Assembly: GCA_000182565.2 (NCBI GenBank)
Contig: KQ257451.1
From: Spizellomyces punctatus DAOM BR117
Lineage: Eukaryota
Direction: 5' to 3' (one strand)
DNA length: 64,000 nt
Both the position numbers and the translations under genes were made by a program. Each line of letters opens with the position of its first letter. The first letter of the stretch is position 1. Below, piece by piece: positions 50,384 through 61,860 of the stretch. The notes beneath the pieces are model-generated. The model saw only the letters and a program-made list of their open reading frames with translations. It searched no databases and was not told the DNA's origin.

Positions 50384-52686
50384 ACTCATTCACTGTTTTG
50401 GGAACATTAGCACTTTGGGATTTTTGGTGTGGGGTCCTGTAATCATATAGTAGTAGTACGTGTTCTCTTGCGTGCGGGCCATGTAATAAGAGAGAGATGG
50501 GTAGGCTGAGTGTGGACAAACGGTTCAGAGGGTGGTAGAGGTGGACTAGGCGCTTCATGTTTTTGTTTCATAGTGACGTAGATAGACGATCTGAACTCTT
50601 TGTTTTACGCTCAGCTTGCATCCTTGTATTTTGTCATCTCGTCTTTAATTATCTTATGCGCGCGTGTACATTTTACAAATTCTGTTTTTTTTTCTGGACT
50701 TATCGACGGCTGACGGAACCACTGATCATTCGATCATTCGCCGTTGGGTGTCCCTTGAACATGGGGTCTGCATCGCAGGGAATTCTTCCGACCGACAACA
50801 AGTACAGCATCTGGCGGTGGAGAACTGCCCCCCGTGATTGCACGTGAGATTGTTGAAGACAGAAGCCAGTACCGCCTATATGGCTCACGTGAGCTCACGG
50901 GGTCCAGTTCTCGACGCCCAAATGCTGTAGAGTGTCCACAAAAGATCGGATCCAATGTATGAATAAACCAGTTTCAAGGCATTGGTCAAAGTGATTCGCC
51001 ATCCGTGGTTATGCTGGTTCGTGCGTGTTGTACTAGTAGTGCTTCAAGAGTGCGTTCAGAATGAGGCGGGGAAACGGATCTCCGATATTTAAGCGTTATA
51101 GTATACGATGCGTTATCGTATATGATTCACCCTTAACTGCTTAATTAAAAACTTGTAGCTTGGATCGTACCCGCCCAAAAAGTTGTAAGGGTACTGAGGT
51201 AATTGGCTTAAGGTTAACCAAGATGAGCAATGAGCAACAAGGCAGCAGTCTCGCCTGACCTTGGCAAGAAATGTCGAACGAATTGTGGTGAATGTAAAAA
51301 GAACAAACAAAACAAAGACAAGTGTGTATTCGGTAGCTCCTCTTTTTGTTATTCATTTTGTATGCGTAGCTGCCCAAATCCGTGTTGTTGGACTACGTGA
51401 CGCACTATGTGCTTTTCAGCAGAGTACAGCTGGCCAGATGAGAATTGGCAGACAGGCAGGGTTATGGAATGTGCCATGTTTTGCTTGCGTTATCTCCTTT
51501 GCGAAATTTATTAAAGTTTGTTCATTAAGGCATATATAGAACCAATTGCCAAGCCCGACGGAGTTGAAATTCCGACCGTTGCTATCTGTCTTACAGCCAG
51601 CGGTGATCGGCTCGGTGATCGGCCGGGATTGCATACTCTCAAAAGGTTTGTGTGTTGGCAGTTGGCAGCCTTGTTGATGGCCAAAATATCGGTGGTGTTT
51701 TTTGTTGGCAACGTTTTTTTCAGTTCCTGGTAAATCACCATGTTTGTTCATGGATTTCTGTTAGATTCCAATTGAGCCATTCTCTGTTGTTGCTTGGCCA
51801 ACAAGTTTCCAGCCTATGCTCCTCCCCTCTTTTTGAACAAGGACTGGGTGTTGTCAAGTCATGGGCGTGCTTTACCAGCGTACGATCAGAGAATGATTTG
51901 TCCTTTTTTCTTTTGCTTGTGGAGCATCAAAACTAACTGCCTCATGGGCGAAGGAGGACAAGATTTGGTGTTGATTGTGTGTTTTATAAGGAAAACAATA
52001 AGCACTTTGGCCTAGGTTCTGGTTATCCATGGAGAGGCGGCTTGAAACAGGCTGAGAGTCTCACTTCATCTCGTAGCACAGTTGGTTTTCATATGAGCTT
52101 TCCTTGCATTTCCTCCTTCAAACGTTATTCTTGTCATTGTTTTATACAGTTTTACTTGCTCATATTGTTTTTGCCATAGTTTCGTCATTGCATATGTATC
52201 CCTCTAGCATCCCAAATTCATATATCTCCTCTGAGCCGCTTGACCATATCTTTAAAATAAAAAGAAAGAAACGCCATTGGGCAAAAAGCCTCCCCAACTT
52301 TTCTAAGCCTCCCTTGGTGTTTCACGTACGACTTCGCGCCCAAGTTTGCCTTTTTTACATTTACATTTCATTAACCAATTTAGGGTGCTGTGACTCACCC
52401 ATCGGCTGACTTTCTCCCACGCACAAAGTCCTTCTTTTTCCAACGTCCAAAACTTGTTCATATCTCGGCTTTTGTTTGCTTTGGTCTTGCCTCAAAACGT
52501 TAGTTTTGCAAACCAAAAGCCAGATTTTTTGCTCGCTCTGACCACCACGAGGCCAGATTGCAGGACGAAAAGACTGGTAGTCCGGGTTTCTGCTTGCTCT
52601 TTGCAGCAAACCGCAATTGTGTTTTTTTTTGCACTTGACGTTGAGCTGCCTGCCTGTTCAGGAATTTTGGCGCTTCCTCGGGGACC

Positions 52687-53040
52687 ATGACAAAGAGAGT
52701 CGTACGGGCTTTGTATGATTATACCGGGGCGGAAGAGTCCAGCTTGACTTTTCGAAAGGGCAATGTCATTCAGGTGCTGACGCAACTAGAAAGCGGGTGG
52801 TGGGATGGACTATGCAACGGTGAAAGAGGATGGTTCCCGTCAAACTATGTGAGCGACATGGAAACTTTGACTGACGCACCACCCGCCGAGCAAATGAAGG
52901 TTTGATACCTTTTGCCTCGCTGTTTCTTTCCGTATGCCTAATGTGTCCTTGAGCATGGAACCTAGAGAACGGTTCGTACTTCTACCGCTGATATAGTGTG
53001 CTTGATGATTTTGTACTTACTGTTTTTATTTTCACAGTGA
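52687..53040 (+). CDS. Stand-alone SH3 domain micro-protein (~71 aa)
   Basis: VRALYDY...LTFRKGNVIQVLTQLESGWWDG...RGWFPSNYV. The probable intron 52900-53037 is followed immediately by TGA, and the unspliced frame stops at 52905. Confidence 0.85.
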
Positions 53041-53571
53041 GGACGAAAAGATTGCCCGCCTTCTTCAAGAATCCGGGTTTCTTTGAAGACCACAATGCCA
53101 CTATAAAGGCGATGTGGGTACTTTTCCGTCATGCAGCATGTAGATTGTGAGCAGTAGTGACGTTCGTGTGCATCCGAATGCCATGGACGCTGGGATTTAT
53201 TTTTTGTAGTTTAGTCTATTTTTTTGTGTTGGCATTTTGGGACCATTTTTTTTTTTTTCAGTTGTTTTAGATTTAGTCTTGCATATTTCGTATTGATTTT
53301 GGCACTAGCACACATTGGAGAATAGGCACGGACTCTTTTTCTTTTTGTTGTTTCTCTGAGTAGATGTACATAGTACTGAGAACTAGTCTCCGTATAGAAT
53401 GTTTTTGTTGATTTGCACGATCAGACTTTTGCGTTACTTGTTGCTTTTTCTACAGTTTCATTGAGCAAAATGTCATAGTCGGTAGGAGACTCAAATTTCG
53501 CTCCTCGGCATGTAGCATTTCTATTCTATTGGATAGATAGAGAAAGTATACTATAAGTAATAAATAGCCAA

Positions 53572-55409
53572 TCATCCTTCAAAAACGCTTTCATCAATGA
53601 CGACTCCAAACTTTTCTTCCATAGCTCTCCGCATTCCACCCTCAATCACATCCTCAAACCCGGCACCCTTAGCACCAAAGAAAATCCATCCAAGTTTCTG
53701 CACTGCTCTTGACACATGGAACAAGAGCGCTGTGACAAAGAGGGTGGCACGAAATGTATAGTAATTTAATCGAGATGTAATAAAGGTGGTGAGCGGAGAG
53801 GTAGATGTATTGGACCATGCGGACCAATCCGATCCGAGGCTCCTTGCGGCGCGGTTAGCCATGATATTGATACGATTGATAGGTGAGCCGAGGGATTTGT
53901 TGTTGGCTCTCACCAGACTACAATAAACAAAATAAATACGAAACGAAAAACCCAGATGATAGCTTCTAAAAAGCTTACTTCATATTCCTTCCCAAAAATA
54001 TCAATTCCTTTGGCACCAACTCGGTATCCCTCAAAAACGTCTTGACACTCTCCTTCATTTTCAGCTGCTTCTCAAATAGATCGTCTATTCCCGATTTATG
54101 TGGATCCACGTGAACAATCTTGCCGGGTGCCCATGGTTTTTGTATCGTGGCAGACGCAAATAGCTGCAAGTCCTGGATGCCCCATTTTGTTGCAATTCGA
54201 GAGAGTGCACCCGTATCGCCTAGGAACAGGGACTTCCAAAATGTTGCATACTCGCGGGTAAAGGTGGGTGCACATTGGACATATAGGCCATGGTCGAGGA
54301 GGACGATTTGGGGATGTGGTGGGGATTTGGGGTGTGTACGGATGATAATGTTGCCCGGGTGTGGATCGCAGTGGACAAATCCCGTTCGGAATATTTGCTA
54401 AAAGAAATGGTTGCGTCAGCACTCATTTTCTCGTCCATGTAATATGCCAACACACATACGTCCGCAAAAACGTCCACAATGGCACTCATAACCTCTTTCC
54501 TGCTCCACCCTCGTCGATCCATTTCCTCAATATCCGTGAAGCGGACTCCATCGATCCACTCGGCTGTCATGATTCGCTTAGATGTGAGATCCCAGTGCAC
54601 TTTGGGAACGTAAACCCGGCTGGATAATGAGCGAGGAGCCTCGGCAATGTAGTCTGCTGCTCGTTCTGCATTGTGCGCTTCGTTTACAAAGTCTGTTTCC
54701 TGCAGGATGTGGGACGCTATATAGGGGGCCGACCATGTCCTGAGCAAAGAATCTGTCAGCACAGAACCGACATTGAGATAGTAGACAGTGTAATCACCTA
54801 CATCGGTAACTCAAAGACCTTTTCAAAAGCCCAGCACAATACTCCATAAGTCCATAAATCCCAACCCACCTGCCGTTCTATCTGCGGCTTCTGCACCTTC
54901 ACCGCCACCACTCTTCCGTCTTTCAATGTCGCGCGATGGACCTGCGCAATCGATGCACTCGCGACCGCCGTTCTCGAGAATGTCTCAAATACATCACTAG
55001 GCTTCCTCCCATTAAAGTCTTGCATGAAAATCTTTTCAACGGCAGCATAAGGCACTGCAGGGGCGTCGTCGAACAGAACACGAAAGGTCTTGGCGTATTC
55101 AGGAGGAAGTACGGGCACCGCCGCAATTTGTTGCCCAAACTTTATGTAAAGTCCTCCATTCTCTTTACACACGTTTAGGATCCGTTTTGCAACCCTTTCA
55201 TGTAATGCCGCTATTCGTTCTGCGTTGCCTGGTACAAAGTTCAATTTGTAGTCAGCGGTTATCACGACACCATTGTACAGCGTTCGAAGGTTGCGGGTGA
55301 ACGTCGAGTCATAGGCGTATCGATCAAAGGACCAAGCAGCAGTGCCAAGGGTAAAGAGGTAGATGGATCGCCGCAAGAAAGGGCGGTGAGGGAGAAAGCG
55401 TGATGGCAT
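53572..55409 (-). CDS. ABC1/ADCK (UbiB) atypical kinase, mitochondrial Mcp2/ADCK1-like
   Basis: GGLYIKFGQ, ASASIAQVHRA, VAVKVQKP, ETDFVNEAHN, HCDPHPGN, LLDHGL and PKELIFLGRNM. Confidence 0.92.
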
Positions 55410-55754
55410 TATTGTGAGATCAATTCCCCCAAAACAGAGCGACCAAAGCGAGCGGGAAGGTGTCTGTAGGAGGTGACTCACCGACCTCGAAAGTGAGTGA
55501 CTCAGAGCAGTTCGACCCTCGGTGCAGCCATTTTCCCCAAAACCTAATGACTCCTTTTTGTCAAATTCGAATATTCTATAATCGAAATCGCCTTTCATTT
55601 GAAACCGCATGGCGCACAGGACCTGTGCCACTCTCTTCCCGCCAATGGAGAAAAGACCGCGTGCCGATGCTTTAAAGCGCTGTCTATAAGAAGAGGCCCC
55701 GAGCGCAAAAATCCCTCAACACACCTCTTCCTCCAAACCAACTTTTTACACGCC

Positions 55755-56318
55755 ATGGCTGCACGCAACGCTCTCTGCTTGTCCTTGTTGATTCTCTTGC
55801 TCGCCGTCGTCAATGTCCATGCACACTTTAAGCTGGACTCTCCGGCTGCCCGTGGCACCGTGGAGGACAAGGAGATAATGGCCCCGTGTGGTGGATTCGA
55901 CACTCTCCAAAACCCGAGAAACCCTCTACCGCTCACTGGCGCCAAGGTTTCTATTACCGCACTGCATCCCGATGCCACTGCAAACTTTTACTTGATCCTA
56001 TCGTCCAATCCCACTGCGAATGATTTCTCCTCAAACTCGACTACGCGGAAGCAAATAGCTCCTACAGCTACTGGTATCAAAATTGGCTCCTACTCCGCGG
56101 ACATTGATCTTTCAAAGATTCCAGAAGCAAAGGAAGGCGTTCAGGCTACTCTGCAAGTGACTTTTGATGGAGGAGATGGACTTTTGTTCCAGTGTTCGGA
56201 TGTAGTTTTGGGAGCGGCCACTGCTCAAACGCAAGGCAGTAAGAGTGCCGCTGATCGTATGAGCACGGCACGGGGATGGATTTTCGCGTTAGTTGCATTC
56301 GCTGTTCTCTTGGTGTAA
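55755..56318 (+). CDS. GPI-anchored His-brace copper protein (X325/Bim1 LPMO-like)
   Basis: Signal peptide ending VHA then His1 HFKLDSPAARG...APCGG, a second His in ALHPDA, then QATLQV...GGDGLLFQCSDV and a hydrophobic GPI tail. Confidence 0.85.
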   Translation: MAARNALCLSLLILLLAVVNVHAHFKLDSPAARGTVEDKEIMAPCGGFDTLQNPRNPLPLTGAKVSITALHPDATANFYLILSSNPTANDFSSNSTTRKQIAPTATGIKIGSYSADIDLSKIPEAKEGVQATLQVTFDGGDGLLFQCSDVVLGAATAQTQGSKSAADRMSTARGWIFALVAFAVLLV

Positions 56319-56578
56319 ATATCTGTATCAAAACCCTGTGACATTTGAAAGTTGAAATAGTTTTTGTACAATAAGAATGAAGTCTGATATGCCTCATTAC
56401 TTCTGCATACCAATCCCGTATTGAACAGCAAATACAGGTTTGAAAATGGAATTCACGTGACGGGCATCCCAACTGACGTCAGCCATCCCGCGATACAAGG
56501 TAGCAACTCCCAGATGTTGTCGGTGCAAGATGCATTGGTACAAGGGGTTAGGTGAATATCGACAAAAACAGCAGGCAG

Positions 56579-59500
56579 ATGTATCCTTCGTTAGCGGATA
56601 TCCCCATTCCCCACGGTGTCCCAGCAAAAGATGCCACATCTCCAGGTTACCTAACTGCGACAGATCTGGCGCGTTTTCATGTTCACTTCTGCCGAAAGCT
56701 CTTGTGGCTATCAAATGACAAGAGAAGACGAGCAAAAAATCGTAAAGAATTCACCGAAGTATCGTTGTGGGATCAAGCAAGGTTCAGAAAAGGCACTAGG
56801 GTACATGATAATGTGCACACGTCATAATGTTGCATGCGCCTGATTGAACCTAACTGCAGTGGGAAGATCAACTGCGAGTCGGCCTCGAGTTACTTCACGG
56901 TCCACCGCACATCATCAGCGCTGGCGAACTCATTGGTCTCATTACATTGGACACACGAAAGCACTTTTACGTTGTCGATGTGGCATTTGCCTCGCCGTCG
57001 TTCAGCAGGCAATTTGCTTCCAAACGTTCTATCAGAACTGTCTCGTTTGGCACCTTTAAACCGGACTTTCTAGAAATATGGAAGCATACGGATGAGGGTA
57101 ACTTTACGCAGATCAGATGGCGTGTCATTGATGCTAAGGCGTCGCGGAAAGTGAAGATATCCCATCAAGTGCAGATCGGGTATTACTGGCTCGCCCTCAA
57201 CGAGATATTTCAAGAATGGGTTGCAGAACATCCCAACAGGGATGTTCAACTCATTGGGGATGACACCGGCGTTGTATGGATCCCGTCGACAAACTCGCGG
57301 CATCCTACTTCTGGGCAGTTCTCGGTTTCTCTTCTACGTCCGCTTCTGGAAGATTTTCTTTTCCGTGACGTTCCGGCTATCCTGGGGCGGGAACTTAAAA
57401 ATGTACCCTGGCAGTACAATTCGCTTTGCTCAGGCTGCGAGTTTATGGACAGGTGCAGGAAGGAGGTGGTAGACGAAGAGAAACTGTCGATGATACCGCA
57501 GTTGTCAATGAAGGATCATCGATTTTTGCTGCATGTATTAGGTTATATGAGGAATATGAACTCGGGTCACTGCGCGATAGAGCCAGAGATAGAAGAATTG
57601 CACCGATTGCTTCATCCTTCTAAACCGAACGAGTTAGCACCAATAGAGCGGCTAATGGAGAGTGTGCCAGGGACGTATGGTCGTGTGCAACGTCTATTAC
57701 ATTTAAATCTTGATGCAGTCAAGCAACGGAAAATTGGCTCTTGCGAGATAGAAGAGAGCCCCGTTCTACGATCGGCCATTAGGCATACCGTTGAAATCCT
57801 CGGGAAGCGGTGCTTGGTGTTCCCAAGGAGGGAGGATGTGGCTGTGTATTTGTCGGTGGGCATCGACCCGGAAACGGACAAACTGTTTGGTTTTTCGATC
57901 CGTGCTGTATCGCAATCCCCTGGTACTTTTGAGTTCAATCGTCAAGTGGTCGCTGATGCCAGGGAACCAGACATTACGCGAATGTTTGTGGAAACGCTTG
58001 CGAATGTGATTCGACAATTGATTGCCATAAAAGAAAGCAAAGAGGACGAAAACCTTTACGTTCAATTTTTCGTTTTTGATTCAAACGATCAGGAAACCAT
58101 CACCGAGTTTCTCGTAGCCCAAGCCTGTGAAAGCAATGCCGATCCAGAATCCATTCGACTGTGCATTGGTGCGCTTTTGGATCATTCGTCAGTTTTGCTT
58201 ACGACAGTCCAACCGGAACTCCTGGCGTCTGCGCTGCTCTTCAAGCCTTCTAAAGCGCTGCGTATTGCAGAAGTGAAAAAGTATCTTCGGGTTTTTGGCG
58301 GACCGGACGTGGATTTGTCTGGCAAGAAGGAAGTATTATACGCAAGATTGGTGGAATGTCTTTCGCGTACGCACAGCAGTTTCCCGCACGGCAGCATCGG
58401 GCTGCAGAGGATGCTACCAAGACTCGTCTCTATTCATGCTGCTGTTACGGAGATGGTCGCAATCCCCGAACCGGGCTTCTACGGTCTAGATGAATGTGTT
58501 CGATGGTTGGTTGATGGGCAAAGCACTTCAAAGGAGAATGTCCATGGAGATCAATGGCTAGTTGCAATCTACAAAGCCTGGAAGGCAGGTGATGTCCAAA
58601 GAACATCGCTATTACTGCAGTCGCATGGAGAAATGCTGCATAGAGTCTCGCGTGGTCTCCGAGATCGGATCCAGGACTATTGTACGCGTAAAGAAACAAA
58701 TATGGAATGCATATTGCCCAATGTTGCAAGGGATTTTCATGTAGTGTACATCGATATGTGCAAAGACAAGCATTTGAGAAGGTTACTGTTCATGGCACAG
58801 TATGAAATGATCAGCACGTAAGTCCTATCATATGATGCCGATACACAAAGTGACGGTCTTTTAATTCATCATATAGTTTGAAGTCGCACCTTCTTTCCCG
58901 TCTCCACAACACGGAGCCTATTCTCCTTTCCTATCGGTCAAAGCAACCGGACTCTTCCTATGAATATATTTTCAACGTTCATAGCGGCCTAGCTTATCTT
59001 GATACTGACCCAGATTGGGTAGCGTACAAATGGATTCTCGTGCGGGAAGGCTCGGATGCAGACTTGATGTTTGATGATCTGGCGTATTTCGATACCAACG
59101 GTGAGCGCCTATGGATAAACGGGGAGGAACGGCGGGATATTGCCTTTGCGAATATTATGGATGTCGAAGTTGGCGAGCAAGGCGTGCAGGTTCGAATCAA
59201 ATTGCGAGCGGCTGGGTGTACATTGAAGGGAGGTACTTTTCGACTGAAGAGGCGGTAGGTTCAAGCCAATTTCTGCGTTCCTATAAATCAAGAGTTTCCT
59301 GATCCAGGAAACCTTCAGGTTAGTAGACTTCAACACTAAAAAAATTGTGAAAACGCTGATCGACATTGATCAGACTGCTCAAACAAGGTGATACCCTGTC
59401 GACGAGTATCTCATCAGCGTTTTACTCAACAAGCCCTTTCCTTAGCACTCAAAGACCCCTTTTCCTTCGCATGCTAGATGATGTTAACATAGTGGGAGCT

Positions 59501-61329
59501 GAGCGTCCATCTAACGCAGAGGACGATTTACGAGCGGAAGCGCGTTTGCAGACATTTTATCGAGAAGTGTACACGCTCTCTGGAGCTACCGAAAAGCCGT
59601 TGTTGTTCATGGGATCGCAAAACAAGGCTTTTAAAACGATCCTGGGTCGTTCGATTACACTAGTTTGGTAAGTCGACAGCTCTCTGGGTTGATCGTTTTC
59701 AGAGAGCTCATGGTTGGTCCGTGTTGACTTTCACTGTGTGTGCAGGGGACCACCAGGACATGGTAAGCTCTACCGATCAGCCAAACGCCGCGACATTCAT
59801 GACCCTTCATAATGTTCAACATAACCGTTTTCCAGGGAAGACCCACACACTCGCTCTCGCCGCTCTCCGTCTCATAGAGCTCTCTGGCCGTCGATCTCCT
59901 GGTACCCCGTTTCGAATTCTCATGACTTCCTACACAAAAGCTGCACTGGCGAATTTTACCTCTAAACTTCAGCGCCTTATCGATGAAGTCAAGTCAATTC
60001 CCAACATGGAACACGGCGACTGGCGGCAACAACTCAATGTTGGCTTGTGCGATGACAGGATGCCTTCTCCTGCTACATTGCCCCTACACTCGATCGTCGC
60101 GGGCACAGTCTGGAAGCTGTGGAAATGGATGGAAAGCAATCCAACTATTGGTGCAGCTTTTGATGTTTTGATCATTGACGAGGGTAGTCAGATGCCTGTC
60201 GCCGACGCTGCTTTGGCCATTTCCGTACTGTGTTCTGGGACAAGCAACGTATCCAAACGAGTCATCATCGCGGGAGATCATTTGCAACTTGCTCCCGTTT
60301 TGAAAGGAACTTATCCCAAAGAGACCGGGCCGGGTGATCCGCAGCTCTATGGATCTATTCTCGAGTGTTTAATGCGAGGGGATGATGGAGAGGCGGTAGT
60401 CTTGCGGGGTAGACGAGTTTCTCCAGATGTGTTTGGGCCTCTCACCACGATGTTGCGCGAAAACTTCCGAATGGTAAAGGAATTATGTACATTTACGAAC
60501 ACCATATACCGCGGAGGGCAATTTGAGCCTCAACGATCGTCCTTGGTACCTGCAAGATCGCTACCCCACACATTGCGTGGTCTTTTCCAATCCACCAATG
60601 CCCTTTTAACAGTCATTTTGAGGCCTCGATCACATACACCACTTGACATGTTGCCTTTTGAATTACATTTACAGACGGAAGCTAAAGTGGTCGGCTGGTT
60701 GGTCGAGGCGCTACTAGAGAATTTCGAAGGGAGAGTTTTCGTTATTACACCGCATCGGGCACAAAGGTCCGCTGTGAATGAGGTTTTGAGAAAGAGACAG
60801 GTGAATGGTGGTGATCGAATCAGAGTGGACACTGTGGAGAGAATGCAAGGCGACGAGGTACGGACCTCTCCACAGCAAAATGCCAGGGTATTCGGATCAT
60901 GTATTCACTGATATTCTTTTGAAATTTGACAGGCAGAGATCGTCATTGCCTGCTACGGATTTACGACGCATTTCGCACAGTATGTGTAGATCCTACTCTA
61001 TTCAACATTTGCATCCTCCTCACATTTGATATTTAACCAGATTCGAATCCGAGCTAGACTTTGTCTTCCACCGCAACCGTCTCAACGTTGCTCTATCGCG
61101 AGCCCGCAACATGTGTATCCTGATTGCATCGCAAGCCATCTTACACCCACCTGTTTCGGTCCTGGCTACTCACGAACGTTGCGAAGCTTTTGCGCATGTT
61201 AAAACATTTGTTGAGAGAAGTGCCGTTGTGCAGTGGGGCGTCGACATGGTGGGTGATGATCATGGTGCGCCGCTGAGGGACGTGACTGAGGAATTGGCGG
61301 ACAGGATGGAAAATATGGGATTGGGATAA
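56579..61329 (+). CDS. PD-(D/E)xK (Cas4/RecB-like) nuclease + SF1 (Dna2/Nam7-like) helicase, ~1,400 aa, multi-exon
   Basis: FKPDFL...VIDAKAS...HQVQIGYY and CSGCEFMDRC; spliced WGPPGHGKT, IIDEGSQ, GDHLQLAP, ENFRM, ITPHRAQ, DTVERMQGDE and NRLNVALSRAR. Confidence 0.9.
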
Positions 61330-61860
61330 ATAATGGATGATTATGCATCATCACTAAATTATATCAGCATTTGCGATTTTGAGTAACGATCCTGACCGGC
61401 CGTGCCATGTACGCAACAGTCATTCAAACATGGAGTCTTGATTACAATCTGAAGAGATGCGCTTGCCCAAATGCTATCAGCTTCAGGGTGATAGTCATTT
61501 CATATCGCAAAGCAAATTGAGAAGAAAACGATTTTATAGCCACATGATTTCAAGAAGCTAAAGCATTACGACTGGTTCCAGAGGCGACCGTCGCAATATT
61601 GCAACCAATTCATTATTATCATTTTTAAGAAGTGGGTCATTCTTGCGCAACGCACATGGGTTTACAAACCGCGTCCATCATGTATCGCTACCGCCAGAGA
61701 TCATGAGTTTGTATAATAGCCGGGCAGCGTATTTGCTGGTATTCAATCACCTCTTGCCAGTATACCCATACTGGTAGAGGTGTGGCGGGTAACGCAGGAA
61801 TTGCTTCACTCTTGTAATAGGTTATCAAGGCAAAATTCTGATCCAATCGGCTAAGCAAAT

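Noticed and set aside
50400-52680. Numerous 60-110 aa ORFs in a 2.3-kb gap
   Set aside because: T-rich UTR/intron-like composition and no motifs; probably the PMA1 3'UTR and the SH3 gene's promoter/5'UTR.
56581-56663. GTATCCTT...CCTAAC...AG looking like a U12-type intron
   Set aside because: It overlaps the likely ATG and the family-like YLTATDLARF coding segment, and removing it puts a stop in the upstream frame.
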